From Parcubacteria group bacterium LiPW_15 (GTDB taxonomy: Bacteria; Patescibacteriota; Minisyncoccia; UBA6257; 2-01-FULL-56-20), in assembly GCA_007375645.1 (NCBI GenBank), contig VMER01000002.1, positions 29,710 through 93,709 on the forward strand: a stretch of DNA of 64,000 nucleotides, given 5' to 3'. Both the position numbers and the translations under genes were made by a program. The stretch's first letter is position 1. Every line of letters starts with the position of its first letter. The notes below the pieces were generated by a model. That model did not search any database and was not told the DNA's origin. It saw nothing but the letters and a program-made list of their open reading frames with translations. Shown here one piece after another: positions 19,383 through 28,966 of this stretch.

Positions 19383-21206
19383 ATGATGCAAAACACATCA
19401 AGAAGGGGCGCCCAAAGAGGGCAAAGGTCAAATGCCCCCGCGGCACGCCATGCGTCCCAGGGACGCCCCGGCGCTCACCCGCAAAGACATACGCCTTCCA
19501 TTAAACCGGAAGCGGACCACACTTATAAACACGAGTCGAAAAAGGAGTCTGATCTCCGCTTTATTCCGCTCGGCGGACTGGAAGAGATCGGCAGAAATTG
19601 CTCGTATTTCGAATACGGCAACGAGATAGTTATCGTGGACGTCGGCATCCAGTTCCCTGAAGAAGCCACTCCAGGAATCGACTACATAATCCCGAATGTC
19701 GCCTCTCTTGAGAACCGGAAGCACGACATTAAGGCCATTATTCTAACCCATGGCCACTACGACCACATTGCCGCTATCCATTACTTGATAGAAAAATTCG
19801 GCAATCCGCCGATCCTAACTTCGAATTTCACCAAAGCGATGGTCGAGAAACGTCACGAAGAATTCACAAACGCGCCGCGGCTTAATTTTATAACCGTAAA
19901 AGACGGCTCTCGCGTTCCGGTCTCAGAACACTTGGTTGCGGAATTCTTTTCCGTAGGCCACACGATCCCAGAAGCGCTAGGGTTTATTTTGCACACTCCG
20001 GCGGGAAAAATGGTCAACTTCGGAGATTTTCGGCTGGACATAGACATACACGGCAAACCAACCCACATGGAAGCCTATGAGCGCCTGGCGAAAGAAGGCG
20101 TGCACACTGTTTTTATAGACAGCACAAACGCAGACTTCCCGGGCTATTCTCCGTCGGAGCGAACAGTAGAAAGGGAGTTGGAAAAGCTGATGGTAGGCGC
20201 AAAAGGACGCATAATTATCGCTACTTTTTCTTCGCTCGTAGATCGCCTTTTGGAAATAATCAAAATCGCGGCAAAACTTGGCCGGAAGGTGGCTGTTAAT
20301 GGCAGATCCATGATAACCAATTTGGAAATAGCCAAGCAGCTCGGCTATTTCAAGGATATAAAGTATGAAGCTATAAGCCTTGAAGAAATGAATAAGAATC
20401 GCGACGAAAACGTTCTCCTTCTTACCACCGGAGCGCAGGGCGAGGCCAACGCCGGGCTCATGCGCATTGTGCGGGGAGAACACAGAGTGGTTCATCTCAA
20501 ACCAACCGATACCATCATCTTTTCGTCTTCGGTTGTTCCGGGAAACGAACGCTCCGTTCAATCGCTCCAGGACAATATCGCGAGACAAGTGGATGAGGTT
20601 TACAACTCAAAGCTCTTGGATATTCACGCCGGAGGCCACGCCCATGGCGGAGACATAGAGCTCGTACTAAAAACCTTAAAACCGAAATTCGTCGTACCCT
20701 TTCACGCCTACTATTTCAAACGCAAAGCGGTTATAAAACTCGCTCGCGAAGCGGGAATCGAAAAAGAGAGGGTGATTATGATGGATAACGGTCAGGTAGC
20801 CCTGCTTACCCCGGATAAATTCACCGTAACCGACGAAACAGTTCCATCCTCCTATGTTATGGTTGATGGTCTTGGAGTCGGCGACGTGGAAGAAGTGGTG
20901 CTCCGCGACAGGTTGAACCTTGCCAAGGAAGGCATGGTGGTCATTATCGTCACGCTTGATAGAAGGAACGGCAGAGTTCTAAAAAATCCTGACATCATCT
21001 CCCGCGGATTTATCTATCTCAAAGACAACCAAACTATCCTTGAAGACATTAGAAAGAAAGTCCGCGCTGTTATCTCGAGGCTTCCCGCTCATCAGGAAGT
21101 GGAGACCGATTACTTGAAAACACTTATCCGCGATCAAGTCGGCCAGTTCCTCTACACCAAAACGAAAAGACGGCCGATGATTTTACCCGTCACGATAGAG
21201 GTTTAA
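19383..21206 (+). CDS. rnj: ribonuclease J
   Basis: PLGGLEEIGRN, THGHYDH, HAGGH and RRPMILPV; disordered N-terminal extension. Confidence 0.95.
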   Translation: MMQNTSRRGAQRGQRSNAPAARHASQGRPGAHPQRHTPSIKPEADHTYKHESKKESDLRFIPLGGLEEIGRNCSYFEYGNEIVIVDVGIQFPEEATPGIDYIIPNVASLENRKHDIKAIILTHGHYDHIAAIHYLIEKFGNPPILTSNFTKAMVEKRHEEFTNAPRLNFITVKDGSRVPVSEHLVAEFFSVGHTIPEALGFILHTPAGKMVNFGDFRLDIDIHGKPTHMEAYERLAKEGVHTVFIDSTNADFPGYSPSERTVERELEKLMVGAKGRIIIATFSSLVDRLLEIIKIAAKLGRKVAVNGRSMITNLEIAKQLGYFKDIKYEAISLEEMNKNRDENVLLLTTGAQGEANAGLMRIVRGEHRVVHLKPTDTIIFSSSVVPGNERSVQSLQDNIARQVDEVYNSKLLDIHAGGHAHGGDIELVLKTLKPKFVVPFHAYYFKRKAVIKLAREAGIEKERVIMMDNGQVALLTPDKFTVTDETVPSSYVMVDGLGVGDVEEVVLRDRLNLAKEGMVVIIVTLDRRNGRVLKNPDIISRGFIYLKDNQTILEDIRKKVRAVISRLPAHQEVETDYLKTLIRDQVGQFLYTKTKRRPMILPVTIEV

Positions 21207-21210
21207 GCTA

Positions 21211-21236
21211 AAAACTCCCGCGAGAGCGGGAGTTTT
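21211..21236. terminator. intrinsic terminator
   Basis: AAAACTCCCGC-GAGA-GCGGGAGTTTT. Confidence 0.8.
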
Positions 21237-21268
21237 GATAGTCCCCAAAAATCCTATAAAATATAGGC

Positions 21269-22255
21269 ATGGCAAAACCGATACTTATTTCCGGCATCCA
21301 GCCCTCCGGCAAGCTCCACCTGGGCAACTACTTGGGCGCACTTAAAAACTTCGTCTCCCTCCAAAACTCCGGCAGATACCAGTGTTTCTTTTTTATCGCC
21401 GACCTGCACTCTTTAACTGAGGAATCCACGCCGAAGGAAAAGGCCAAGCAGATAATGGAACTCGTCGCAGACTATCTGGCGGTTGGGTTGGATCCAAAAA
21501 AATCCACAATATTTTTGCAGTCCTCCGTTCCAGCGCATTCCGAATTGGCTTGGATTTTAAACACCATCACCCCGATGGGCGAACTGAAAAGAATGACTCA
21601 GTTCAAAGATAAGGGAGGTGAAGCGGAAACAACCAATGTCGGCCTTTTTGATTATCCGGTCCTCATGGCCGCGGATATTTTGCTCTATGACTCGCAAGTC
21701 GTCCCCGTAGGCGATGACCAGCTCCAGCACCTGGAGCTCGCGCGGACCCTGGCCCGCAAATTCAATTCCAAGTTCGGAAAGACTTTTGTGGAACCCAAAC
21801 CGCTTTTGACCGAAATCCCCCGAGTGATGAGTCTCGACGCGCCGGATAAAAAAATGAGCAAGTCCCGCCCGGGCGGTTGTGTGTTCTTGGATGATTCCCC
21901 GGAAGAGATAAAAGAAAAAGTTAAGCGCGCAGTCACGGATTCCGAATCGGTTATCCGCTACGACGCCAAGAACAAGCCCGCGATTTCTAACCTCATGCGT
22001 CTTTACGGAGCGCTCTCCGGAGACTTGATGCCGGACCTTGAGAAGAAATTCCAAAATATGAATTATTCGGAACTAAAACTCGGACTCGCGAACACCATCG
22101 CCAACTATTTTGCTCCCTTCCGCGCCAAAAAAGCAGCGCTCAGAAAACAGCCGAAGATAATAGAAAAGGTTCTGAAAGCCGGCAACGCCAAGGCGCAAAA
22201 GATAGCCGCGAAGAAGATCGAGGTTGTAAAGAAAAAGATCGGTGTTGCGAAATAA
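21269..22255 (+). CDS. trpS: tryptophan--tRNA ligase
   Basis: SGIQPSGKLHLGN, VGDDQ and KMSKS motifs. Confidence 0.97.
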   Translation: MAKPILISGIQPSGKLHLGNYLGALKNFVSLQNSGRYQCFFFIADLHSLTEESTPKEKAKQIMELVADYLAVGLDPKKSTIFLQSSVPAHSELAWILNTITPMGELKRMTQFKDKGGEAETTNVGLFDYPVLMAADILLYDSQVVPVGDDQLQHLELARTLARKFNSKFGKTFVEPKPLLTEIPRVMSLDAPDKKMSKSRPGGCVFLDDSPEEIKEKVKRAVTDSESVIRYDAKNKPAISNLMRLYGALSGDLMPDLEKKFQNMNYSELKLGLANTIANYFAPFRAKKAALRKQPKIIEKVLKAGNAKAQKIAAKKIEVVKKKIGVAK

Positions 22256-22297
22256 TAAAATCTCGAAAGTTAAAAAACGACGTAAGCCGTTTTTTTG

Positions 22298-22348
22298 TTG
22301 ACACAAGAAAACCATCTTGCTATAACGCAACTAGTCTTTCGAAAGGAG
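22298..22348 (+). promoter_or_regulatory. promoter and strong SD of orphan unit
   Basis: TTGACA-17-TATAAC (22298-22326); GAAAGGAG at 22341-22348. Confidence 0.75.
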
Positions 22349-22354
22349 AACCAT

Positions 22355-22879
22355 ATGGAACTCAAACGAAATGGTTTCCTCTACGGCTTCGCGTACGCTT
22401 GGGCAAAGAATCCCCCCGATCAGACAGGCTCCTTTAGATTCCCTGGGCGGCTGATCCTGTCGCTCTTCATCGGCTGGCCCATCATTGTGCCGCTCGCCTT
22501 CCTCTTTTTGGCAATGGTGCCCGCGCGGGATGGCCTGGAAGTCTGGGGCGCCTGGAGGAAACGCGTTGGCAGGGATGTGCCTCCCGCCTGCGTTGCTATA
22601 ATCGTCGCGGCCGCCATCGGCGCAGCCTGGGGAATGATCCTTTGGCTCCTCTGGTCATTCGGCGGAGTCGCCCTCCCCAAGGATCCTCCGCTGCCGCTTG
22701 CTCTTGTCATGCTCCTGGGTCTTTATGGCTGGTTTGTGGGTCTCTGCGCATCCGCCGTTGAAGTCCTGTGGTTGGGATACAAGATCATCCTGTGGCTGGG
22801 ACGCAGGATTCTCATCCGCACCAATACCATCCGAGCATCCCTGAAGAAAAAGTTCTGTTTTGTCATCCGTTTCGTGTAA
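22355..22879 (+). CDS. orphan multi-TM membrane protein (SD-led unit)
   Basis: SD-led ATG 22355, about 3 hydrophobic segments, terminator CCCCGCG/CGCGGGG at 22887-22907. Confidence 0.7.
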   Translation: MELKRNGFLYGFAYAWAKNPPDQTGSFRFPGRLILSLFIGWPIIVPLAFLFLAMVPARDGLEVWGAWRKRVGRDVPPACVAIIVAAAIGAAWGMILWLLWSFGGVALPKDPPLPLALVMLLGLYGWFVGLCASAVEVLWLGYKIILWLGRRILIRTNTIRASLKKKFCFVIRFV

Positions 22880-22934
22880 CGAAACACCCCGCGCTTACGA
22901 CGCGGGGCTTTATTTTCAATAACCCGCCAAGCAA

Positions 22935-25900
22935 TTAGCCCTTCCTGAGTCCCAGCCAGGCTTCCGCTCCGTCGAACTTGGTCGCTATTTCCGCGTCGAA
23001 TTTACCGCTCTTCTTGTATTCGATTCCTTTGGCGCCAACCTCCATTTTTATTTTTGCTTCGCTGTTTTGAGCCGCAAGTTCCATGTCGGCGGGGAGCGCG
23101 AGCATCAAAAATACTTTGTCTTTCGGCGAAAGTTTGGCGCTCTGCCTGAGTTCTTGGACGGCGCGCATCACTTCGCGGACCAATCCCTCTTCCTTGAGCT
23201 CGGCAGTAATTTCTTTGTCCAATTCCACTTCGCCCTCGATTCCTTTTTTAGACGCAACCTCTTTTACGTTCACTTCGTCGCGGATAATATCCAAAATTTC
23301 TTTGTCTTTTATTATCTTCGCGGAAGATTCTTTTATCCAGAGAGTTTTCAAGGGTTGGCGAACTTTTATTCCCGCGGCGGCCCTGGCAGCGAGACCGAGA
23401 CTCGAAACCTTGCGCGCCTCTTTCATTTGCGCGAGAAGCGATTCACTTTTTATTTCCGCGATCTTCGGCCAATCCGCGAGATGCACGGATTCTTTCTTTT
23501 TACCGGCAAAAGACAAAAGCTCCAAATACATCGCTTCGCTCATGAACGGCATAAAGGGAGCGGCGAGCTTTTGGAGATTCAGGAGGGCAAAATAGAGGGT
23601 ATCCGAAGCGGCGGCAAAGTCCTTTTTATCTTCCGCTTTTTGGAAGCGGCGCCTGGAGCGGCGGATATACCAGCGGGAAAGATCGTCCGTAAATTCCTCC
23701 AGCGCCAAAGCCGCGTTTCTCACATCGTATTTTTCCAAAGACTCGGTAACGATCTTCGCCGCCTCCGAAAGCCGCGCGCTTATCCAGCGATCCAAAATAT
23801 TTTTAGAAACCCCAGGCTTCGGCGAAGGCTTCTTTCCGTAGGTGCGGAAAAATACCAAAGAGTTGAATGCCAGCATGTGGAATTTCCTGTAGCTCTTCAA
23901 TATCTCCAGCTCGTCAAAATTCTTCGGCTCTCCCGCCGGATTGACGGTGTAGAAATACCAGCGGACCGCGTCTACCCCGTATTTCTCTATCATATCCCAG
24001 GGGCTTACCACGTTCCCTATATGCTTGCTCATCTTTTGCCCGTTCTTGTCGTGAATGAGGCCGAGCGATATCACGTTTTTGAAAGGCTCTTTATATCCCA
24101 AAAGGGTCGCCAAAGCCAAAAGCGTGTAGAACCAGCCGCGGGTCTGGTCCATCGCCTCGCAGATATAGTCCGCGGGATAATTTATTTTATTAATAAGCGA
24201 AAGCTCTTTGGCCCCGGGAATTGTCCCCTTCTTCATTTGCTTGAACGGAAAATGTTCTTCGGCCAGCGGCATCGCGCCGGAATCCAACCACACATCCGCG
24301 ACCTCCTTCACCCTTTTCATTTCCTCTCCGCAGGCCGGGCAGGAAACCGCGATAGAATCCACATAGGGGCGGTGCATATCCAGTTCTCCGAATTCATTCA
24401 TCGGTAAGTTGGGAACTTTTACTTTCCGAACCTCGCCGATCTTTATATAGTGCTCGCTCGCGAATTTTTCCCTCGGCAAAAGCGAAAGGGTAGATTCCAA
24501 TATCCACAAAGGGTCGCCGTGGCTTACGACCACAATTCTTTTCCCACGATATTTGGTGTTTATTTTTTTGGCAAAATCAAAAGTGCGCTTGATAACGTCG
24601 GAAAGCGTCTCTCCTCCCGGCGCGGACTTCACAAACCGCTCCATGGGATTCTTAAAGAACTTTCTGTAGTCCCTTACCTTGCGCCAATTAAAAGATCCCG
24701 CGTTAAGTTCCACGAGCCGCTCATCAACGATTATCTTCGCTCCGGTGGTTTTTTTGATTATTTCCGCGAGATCCATACAGCGCGCGTAAGGCGAGGAGTA
24801 AATGATATCTATCTTTTCTTTGACGAGCTTCGCGGCGATCTTTTCGCCGTCCTTAATTCCTTTTTTGGTGAGATGCGATACATGCTTGCCGCTCTCTTCT
24901 CCCGAGGCGATAACCCCGGTCAAAATATGGTCCGCTTCGGTGTGGCGCACAAAATAAAATTGATTCTTGTGGACATCGTTTGCGCTGAGTTCCGCGCGGC
25001 TTCCGATGGTCTTCATCGCATCGCAATGACTGCAGCGCCAGATCGGCAAAGGCGTACCCCAATAGCGTTCGCGCGAAATTGACCAATCCTTAGCCTCTTT
25101 GAGCCACTCCCCGAACCGGCCCTCTTTAAGATGCGCGGGCTCCCAGTTGATCCCCTCGTTTCTTTCTCGAAGTTCTTTCCGAAGCCGGCTGACCTCAAAG
25201 AACCAGGCTTTCCTCGCGAAATATATGAGTGGGGCATTGCAACGCCAGCAGAACGGATATTCGTGCTCAACTTTTCCGGACAGGTACATTATTCCCCTCT
25301 TTATAAGATCGGCGGAGATATCATTGTCCGCTTCTTTTATAAATTTTCCGGATCCGGGAAGGTCTCCCGTCACACGTCCTTCGCCATCGATAGTCGCGAT
25401 CACTTCCATCTTCGGGTAATGCGCCGCGACCAGCTTGAAATCGTCCTCGCCGAAAGCCGGAGCGATATGCACGAATCCGGTTCCATCCTCGGTAGAGATA
25501 AAATCCGCCGGTAAGATCTTATACATTTCTTTTTTGTCCGCGCCGGGCACATCAAAGATCGGCTCATAAGAAAGGCCTAAAAGTTTGGCGCCGGATATTT
25601 TTTCCACCGCTTCTATTTCCGGAGTTGAACCGTCCTCCGACTTGGGAGTCGGCGGCGCGGAATAGGACCACAAATAATCCTGCCCAACTTTATATTTTGT
25701 ATAGGTGAGCTTCGCGTCCGCTGCAATGAACATGTTGGATGGCAGGGTCCACGGGGTTGTCGTCCAAACCAAAATATATTCGTTGTTATTCTTCGAACCC
25801 GGCCGTTTCAAGCGAAATTTAATATAGACGGAAGGATCCGGAACTTTTTTATAGACGTCCGGCTGGGCAAGTTCGTGGCTTGAAAGCGCAGTCTGACAGC

Positions 25901-26447
25901 GAGGACAATAAGGCACGATTCTCCGGCTCTCTTTCAAAAATCCGCGATCGGAAATGACTTTGAATATCCACCATAAACTTTCGATGTAGTCGTTATCGTA
26001 GGTGATATAGGGGTCTTCCATGCTGAGCCAGTAGCCCATCCGGTCGGTAAGGCGCTCCCACTCATCTTTATACTTCCAAACCGATTCCTTGGCTTTCTGG
26101 TTAAAAAGATCGATGCCGAATTTCTCGATATCCCGCTTGGTTTTGAGACCCAGTTCCTTTTCCACGCCCACCTCCACCGGAAGCCCGTGCGTGTCCCAGC
26201 CGGCTTTGCGGGGCACATAAAAACCTCGCATCGTTTTATAGCGCAAAATAATATCTTTAAAAGCCCGCGCGAGTACGTGGTGGATGCCCGGACGGCCGTT
26301 AGCGGTCGGCGGACCCTCGTAAAATACAAACTCCTTCCGCCCCTTGCGCTTGGCCAAACTTTTTTTGAAAGTCTTGTCGGCCTTCCAGTACTCCAGAACC
26401 TTCTCTTCGGTTTTGGGTAGGCTAAAATCTCCTTTAAAGTCCAACAT
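22935..26447 (-). CDS. ileS: isoleucine--tRNA ligase (type 2) with inserted histidine-phosphatase-like domain
   Basis: GPPTANGRPGIHH, GWDTHGLP, WTTTPWT, DQTRGWF and KMSKH; insert carries FVRHTEA...SSPYARC...VSHGD. Confidence 0.95.
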   Translation of the reverse strand: MLDFKGDFSLPKTEEKVLEYWKADKTFKKSLAKRKGRKEFVFYEGPPTANGRPGIHHVLARAFKDIILRYKTMRGFYVPRKAGWDTHGLPVEVGVEKELGLKTKRDIEKFGIDLFNQKAKESVWKYKDEWERLTDRMGYWLSMEDPYITYDNDYIESLWWIFKVISDRGFLKESRRIVPYCPRCQTALSSHELAQPDVYKKVPDPSVYIKFRLKRPGSKNNNEYILVWTTTPWTLPSNMFIAADAKLTYTKYKVGQDYLWSYSAPPTPKSEDGSTPEIEAVEKISGAKLLGLSYEPIFDVPGADKKEMYKILPADFISTEDGTGFVHIAPAFGEDDFKLVAAHYPKMEVIATIDGEGRVTGDLPGSGKFIKEADNDISADLIKRGIMYLSGKVEHEYPFCWRCNAPLIYFARKAWFFEVSRLRKELRERNEGINWEPAHLKEGRFGEWLKEAKDWSISRERYWGTPLPIWRCSHCDAMKTIGSRAELSANDVHKNQFYFVRHTEADHILTGVIASGEESGKHVSHLTKKGIKDGEKIAAKLVKEKIDIIYSSPYARCMDLAEIIKKTTGAKIIVDERLVELNAGSFNWRKVRDYRKFFKNPMERFVKSAPGGETLSDVIKRTFDFAKKINTKYRGKRIVVVSHGDPLWILESTLSLLPREKFASEHYIKIGEVRKVKVPNLPMNEFGELDMHRPYVDSIAVSCPACGEEMKRVKEVADVWLDSGAMPLAEEHFPFKQMKKGTIPGAKELSLINKINYPADYICEAMDQTRGWFYTLLALATLLGYKEPFKNVISLGLIHDKNGQKMSKHIGNVVSPWDMIEKYGVDAVRWYFYTVNPAGEPKNFDELEILKSYRKFHMLAFNSLVFFRTYGKKPSPKPGVSKNILDRWISARLSEAAKIVTESLEKYDVRNAALALEEFTDDLSRWYIRRSRRRFQKAEDKKDFAAASDTLYFALLNLQKLAAPFMPFMSEAMYLELLSFAGKKKESVHLADWPKIAEIKSESLLAQMKEARKVSSLGLAARAAAGIKVRQPLKTLWIKESSAKIIKDKEILDIIRDEVNVKEVASKKGIEGEVELDKEITAELKEEGLVREVMRAVQELRQSAKLSPKDKVFLMLALPADMELAAQNSEAKIKMEVGAKGIEYKKSGKFDAEIATKFDGAEAWLGLRKG

Positions 26448-26522
26448 TAGTTTTTTTATCATATAGCAAAGTTTTGCCCTTCGCAATTTCGCGGGGTTTT
26501 ATATATTACTCAAGTTCCCGCA

Positions 26523-28220
26523 TTAAATCTCCTCCGGCGAGCTAATGCCCAAAATCGACAAGCCGGTCTTCAAAACATTCCGAACCGCGTCAATAAGCAC
26601 CAACCGGGCATTAAGCCTGGCCTTATCCGCATCTTTTAAGATCGGCGTGGTCTCGTAAAAGCGATTGCCGAGATTCGCGAGCTCATATAAATAGAGGGTA
26701 ATGTTATTGACGCCGAACTGCTCGGCGCTCTTTTCTATTTCTTCCGGAAAATCCAAAAGCTTCTTTACGAGAGCCATCTCTTCGGGATTCGACAGCCTCG
26801 TAAGATCATAGTTGCCTATTCTTTTCGCTTTTTTTATTACCCTCGAAAGCCTTGCGAATGTGTATTGGAGGTACGGCCCACTCTGCCCCGAAAGCGAAAG
26901 CATCTTCTCCCAATCAAAAACTATGTCGCTGTGCCGATGTTCTTTGAGGTTGAAATACTTCAAGGCTCCGACACCGACGCTTTCGGATATCTTATCCGCC
27001 TTTTTTGCCGCCATCTCCGGATTCTTTTTTGAAACCACTTCTTTGGCGAGCGCTTTAACTTTGTCTATCACCTCTTCCGCGGAAACCACGCGGCCCTCCC
27101 TGGTTGAAAACTTCTTTCCTCCCTCGGCTAGAACTAACCCGTATTTTATATGGTGAAGTTCGGCCAATTTATCCAGGCCCAAAATATTAGCTACCGCGAA
27201 AAGCTGTTCGAACTGGAATGTCTGTTCGTTGCCTATCACATACAATATCTTCGCGGGTTTATATTTTTTAAGCCGGTAGCGGATGTTCGCAATGTCGCGC
27301 GTGAGGTAAAGACTCGCCCCGTCGGATTTCTGAATAAGTCCGGGTAATAGATTGTATTTGTCGAGCGGAATGACTACCGCGCCTTCGCTCTTGACCGCAA
27401 TCCCCTTCTCGAGCATTTCCGCGATAAGCGGAGTCATCTGACGCTCGTAAAAACTCTCCCCCAGCCAGACGTCGAACTCGGCGCCCAAGAGCTTGTACAT
27501 TTTTTTGAATTCCAAAAGCGATTCTTTTTTGAACCATTCCCAAAGTTTGCGGTTCTCTTTGTTACCGCTCTCAAGTTTCTGGAATTCCTCTCTCGCCTTC
27601 ACCTCCAGCGTCTCGTCGGACTTCGCCTCATCGTGAAACTTAATATATAGAGCGGTCATAGCCGCGATTGGCTCTTTCTCTATTTCCTTTCTATTCCCCC
27701 AGAGTTTGTAGGCCACAATAAGCTTACCGAACTGCGTCCCCCAGTCGCCCAAATAATTCCAGCGGACCACTTTGTAACCCAAGGCTTCGAAGACATTCGC
27801 GAGCGAATCGCCGAGGATGGTGTTTCGCAAATGCCCCACATGCATCGGTTTCGCGATATTATTGGAAGAATGCTCCACTATTATCCTTTTTCCTTTTCCG
27901 ATGTTGCTCCGGCCAAACTTCTTTTTATTTTTATAAATTGCGAGTAGCTCTTTGCGCAGAAACTCATCCGAAAGCCAGAAATTCAAAAATCCGGGCGCCA
28001 CGGTTTCGATTTTCGAAAAAAGTCCTTTGGGCGCGGAGTTCAAAATTTTCTCTTTAAGTTCTTCGGCAATATTAAGCGGAGCCTTCTTCTCTATCGGCGC
28101 AAGCCGCATAGCAACGTTCGTGGAATAATGGCCAAACTCGGAATGTGCGGGAATGGAAATCTCCGCCGGAAATCCGGATGGTATAAATTCTTTTATTGTT
28201 TTTTCTATTAATTCTTTCAT
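26523..28220 (-). CDS. argS: arginine--tRNA ligase
   Basis: NIAKPMHVGHLR, NYLGDWGTQFG and GPYLQY; start set at MKELIEK (28220). Confidence 0.96.
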   Translation of the reverse strand: MKELIEKTIKEFIPSGFPAEISIPAHSEFGHYSTNVAMRLAPIEKKAPLNIAEELKEKILNSAPKGLFSKIETVAPGFLNFWLSDEFLRKELLAIYKNKKKFGRSNIGKGKRIIVEHSSNNIAKPMHVGHLRNTILGDSLANVFEALGYKVVRWNYLGDWGTQFGKLIVAYKLWGNRKEIEKEPIAAMTALYIKFHDEAKSDETLEVKAREEFQKLESGNKENRKLWEWFKKESLLEFKKMYKLLGAEFDVWLGESFYERQMTPLIAEMLEKGIAVKSEGAVVIPLDKYNLLPGLIQKSDGASLYLTRDIANIRYRLKKYKPAKILYVIGNEQTFQFEQLFAVANILGLDKLAELHHIKYGLVLAEGGKKFSTREGRVVSAEEVIDKVKALAKEVVSKKNPEMAAKKADKISESVGVGALKYFNLKEHRHSDIVFDWEKMLSLSGQSGPYLQYTFARLSRVIKKAKRIGNYDLTRLSNPEEMALVKKLLDFPEEIEKSAEQFGVNNITLYLYELANLGNRFYETTPILKDADKARLNARLVLIDAVRNVLKTGLSILGISSPEEI

Positions 28221-28252
28221 TTTGTGGCCAACGTATCTCTGCCTTCCGGCTC

Positions 28253-28280
28253 TTGACGAAATAACGCCCCTGCGTATACT
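28253..28280 (+). promoter_or_regulatory. sigma70 promoter of candidate sRNA
   Basis: TTGACG-16-TATACT. Confidence 0.65.
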
Positions 28281-28286
28281 TGTCAT

Positions 28287-28419
28287 TGGTCTTTGCTTGG
28301 GTTGTCGCTGGGCACCGTTCGCACCGCCGCACACCCTCCTTTCTGCGCGTTGCTCGCCCCCCTCGCAAACACCACCGCGGTGATTGGGTCCCTGCCGGAC
28401 CTGGTCACCGCCTTTTTTT
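28287..28419 (+). ncRNA. candidate sRNA with C-rich anti-SD apical loop
   Basis: Promoter upstream; hairpin 28288-28373 with loop CCGCCGCACACCCTCCTTTC; 15-bp terminator stem 28377-28411 followed by T7. Confidence 0.55.
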
Positions 28420-28486
28420 ATTTAATCGCTTCTTATTAGAATACAGCCCCTTTATGCCGGCCGCAAATAACCGTATCATTAAACGT

Positions 28487-28924
28487 ATGGGCGCTTTAGC
28501 GGAGAACAGAAAAGCTAGGTTCGATTATGAAATATTGGAAACCCTTGAATCCGGGGTGGAGCTTTTTGGTTTTGAAGTAAAGTCTGTTCGCGCCGGAAGA
28601 ATGGAGCTTCCCGGAAGCTATGTGATAATCCGCGGCGGAGAAGCCTATTTGGTGAATGCGAAGATTCCCGCCTATCAACCGAAAAACGCGCCCGAGGGTT
28701 ACGATCCGACCCGCGCCCGCCGGCTTCTTCTCCACAAAGAACAGATAAGCCGTCTCACGGGATTTTTGGAAACCAACCACTACCTTATCCCCCTCTCGAC
28801 TCATTCCAAAAAAGGATTGATAAAACTGGAACTCGGTCTGGCGCGCAAACGAAAGAAATCCGATAAACGTGAAGTTATAAAAAAACGCGAAGTCCAAAAA
28901 AAGATCCGCGCGCGCGAAGACTAA
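28487..28924 (+). CDS. smpB: SsrA-binding protein
   Basis: NRKARFDY, EVKS, RRLLLHK and DKRE; ATG 7 nt after TATCAT. Confidence 0.96.
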   Translation: MGALAENRKARFDYEILETLESGVELFGFEVKSVRAGRMELPGSYVIIRGGEAYLVNAKIPAYQPKNAPEGYDPTRARRLLLHKEQISRLTGFLETNHYLIPLSTHSKKGLIKLELGLARKRKKSDKREVIKKREVQKKIRARED

Positions 28925-28950
28925 AAAAGGGCGGCTTCTCAGCCGCCCCG
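28924..28950. terminator. terminator between convergent genes
   Basis: AAAAAAGGGCGGCT-TCTC-AGCCGCCC. Confidence 0.7.
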
Positions 28951-28966
28951 GTCCATTCCCGACTTA

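Noticed and set aside
22256-22934. Possible relic 3' ends after trpS (KISKVKKR) and ileS (AWRVIENK)
   Set aside because: Too short and low-complexity to distinguish from chance, unlike the polX relics
23067-24407. 446-aa ORF on + strand
   Set aside because: Antisense shadow of ileS with no recognisable motifs
28377-28411. Minus-strand CAGGTCCGGCAGGGA resembling SRP (4.5S) RNA
   Set aside because: Lacks the GGAA tetraloop and AGCAG motif; fully explained as a terminator stem
28221-28440. T-box leader or 38-aa N-terminal extension of argS
   Set aside because: No T-box consensus or terminator on the minus strand; the GTG at 28334 abuts the SD-like run with no spacing. A minus-strand promoter (TTGCGG-17-TATTCT near 28465-28437) remains possible
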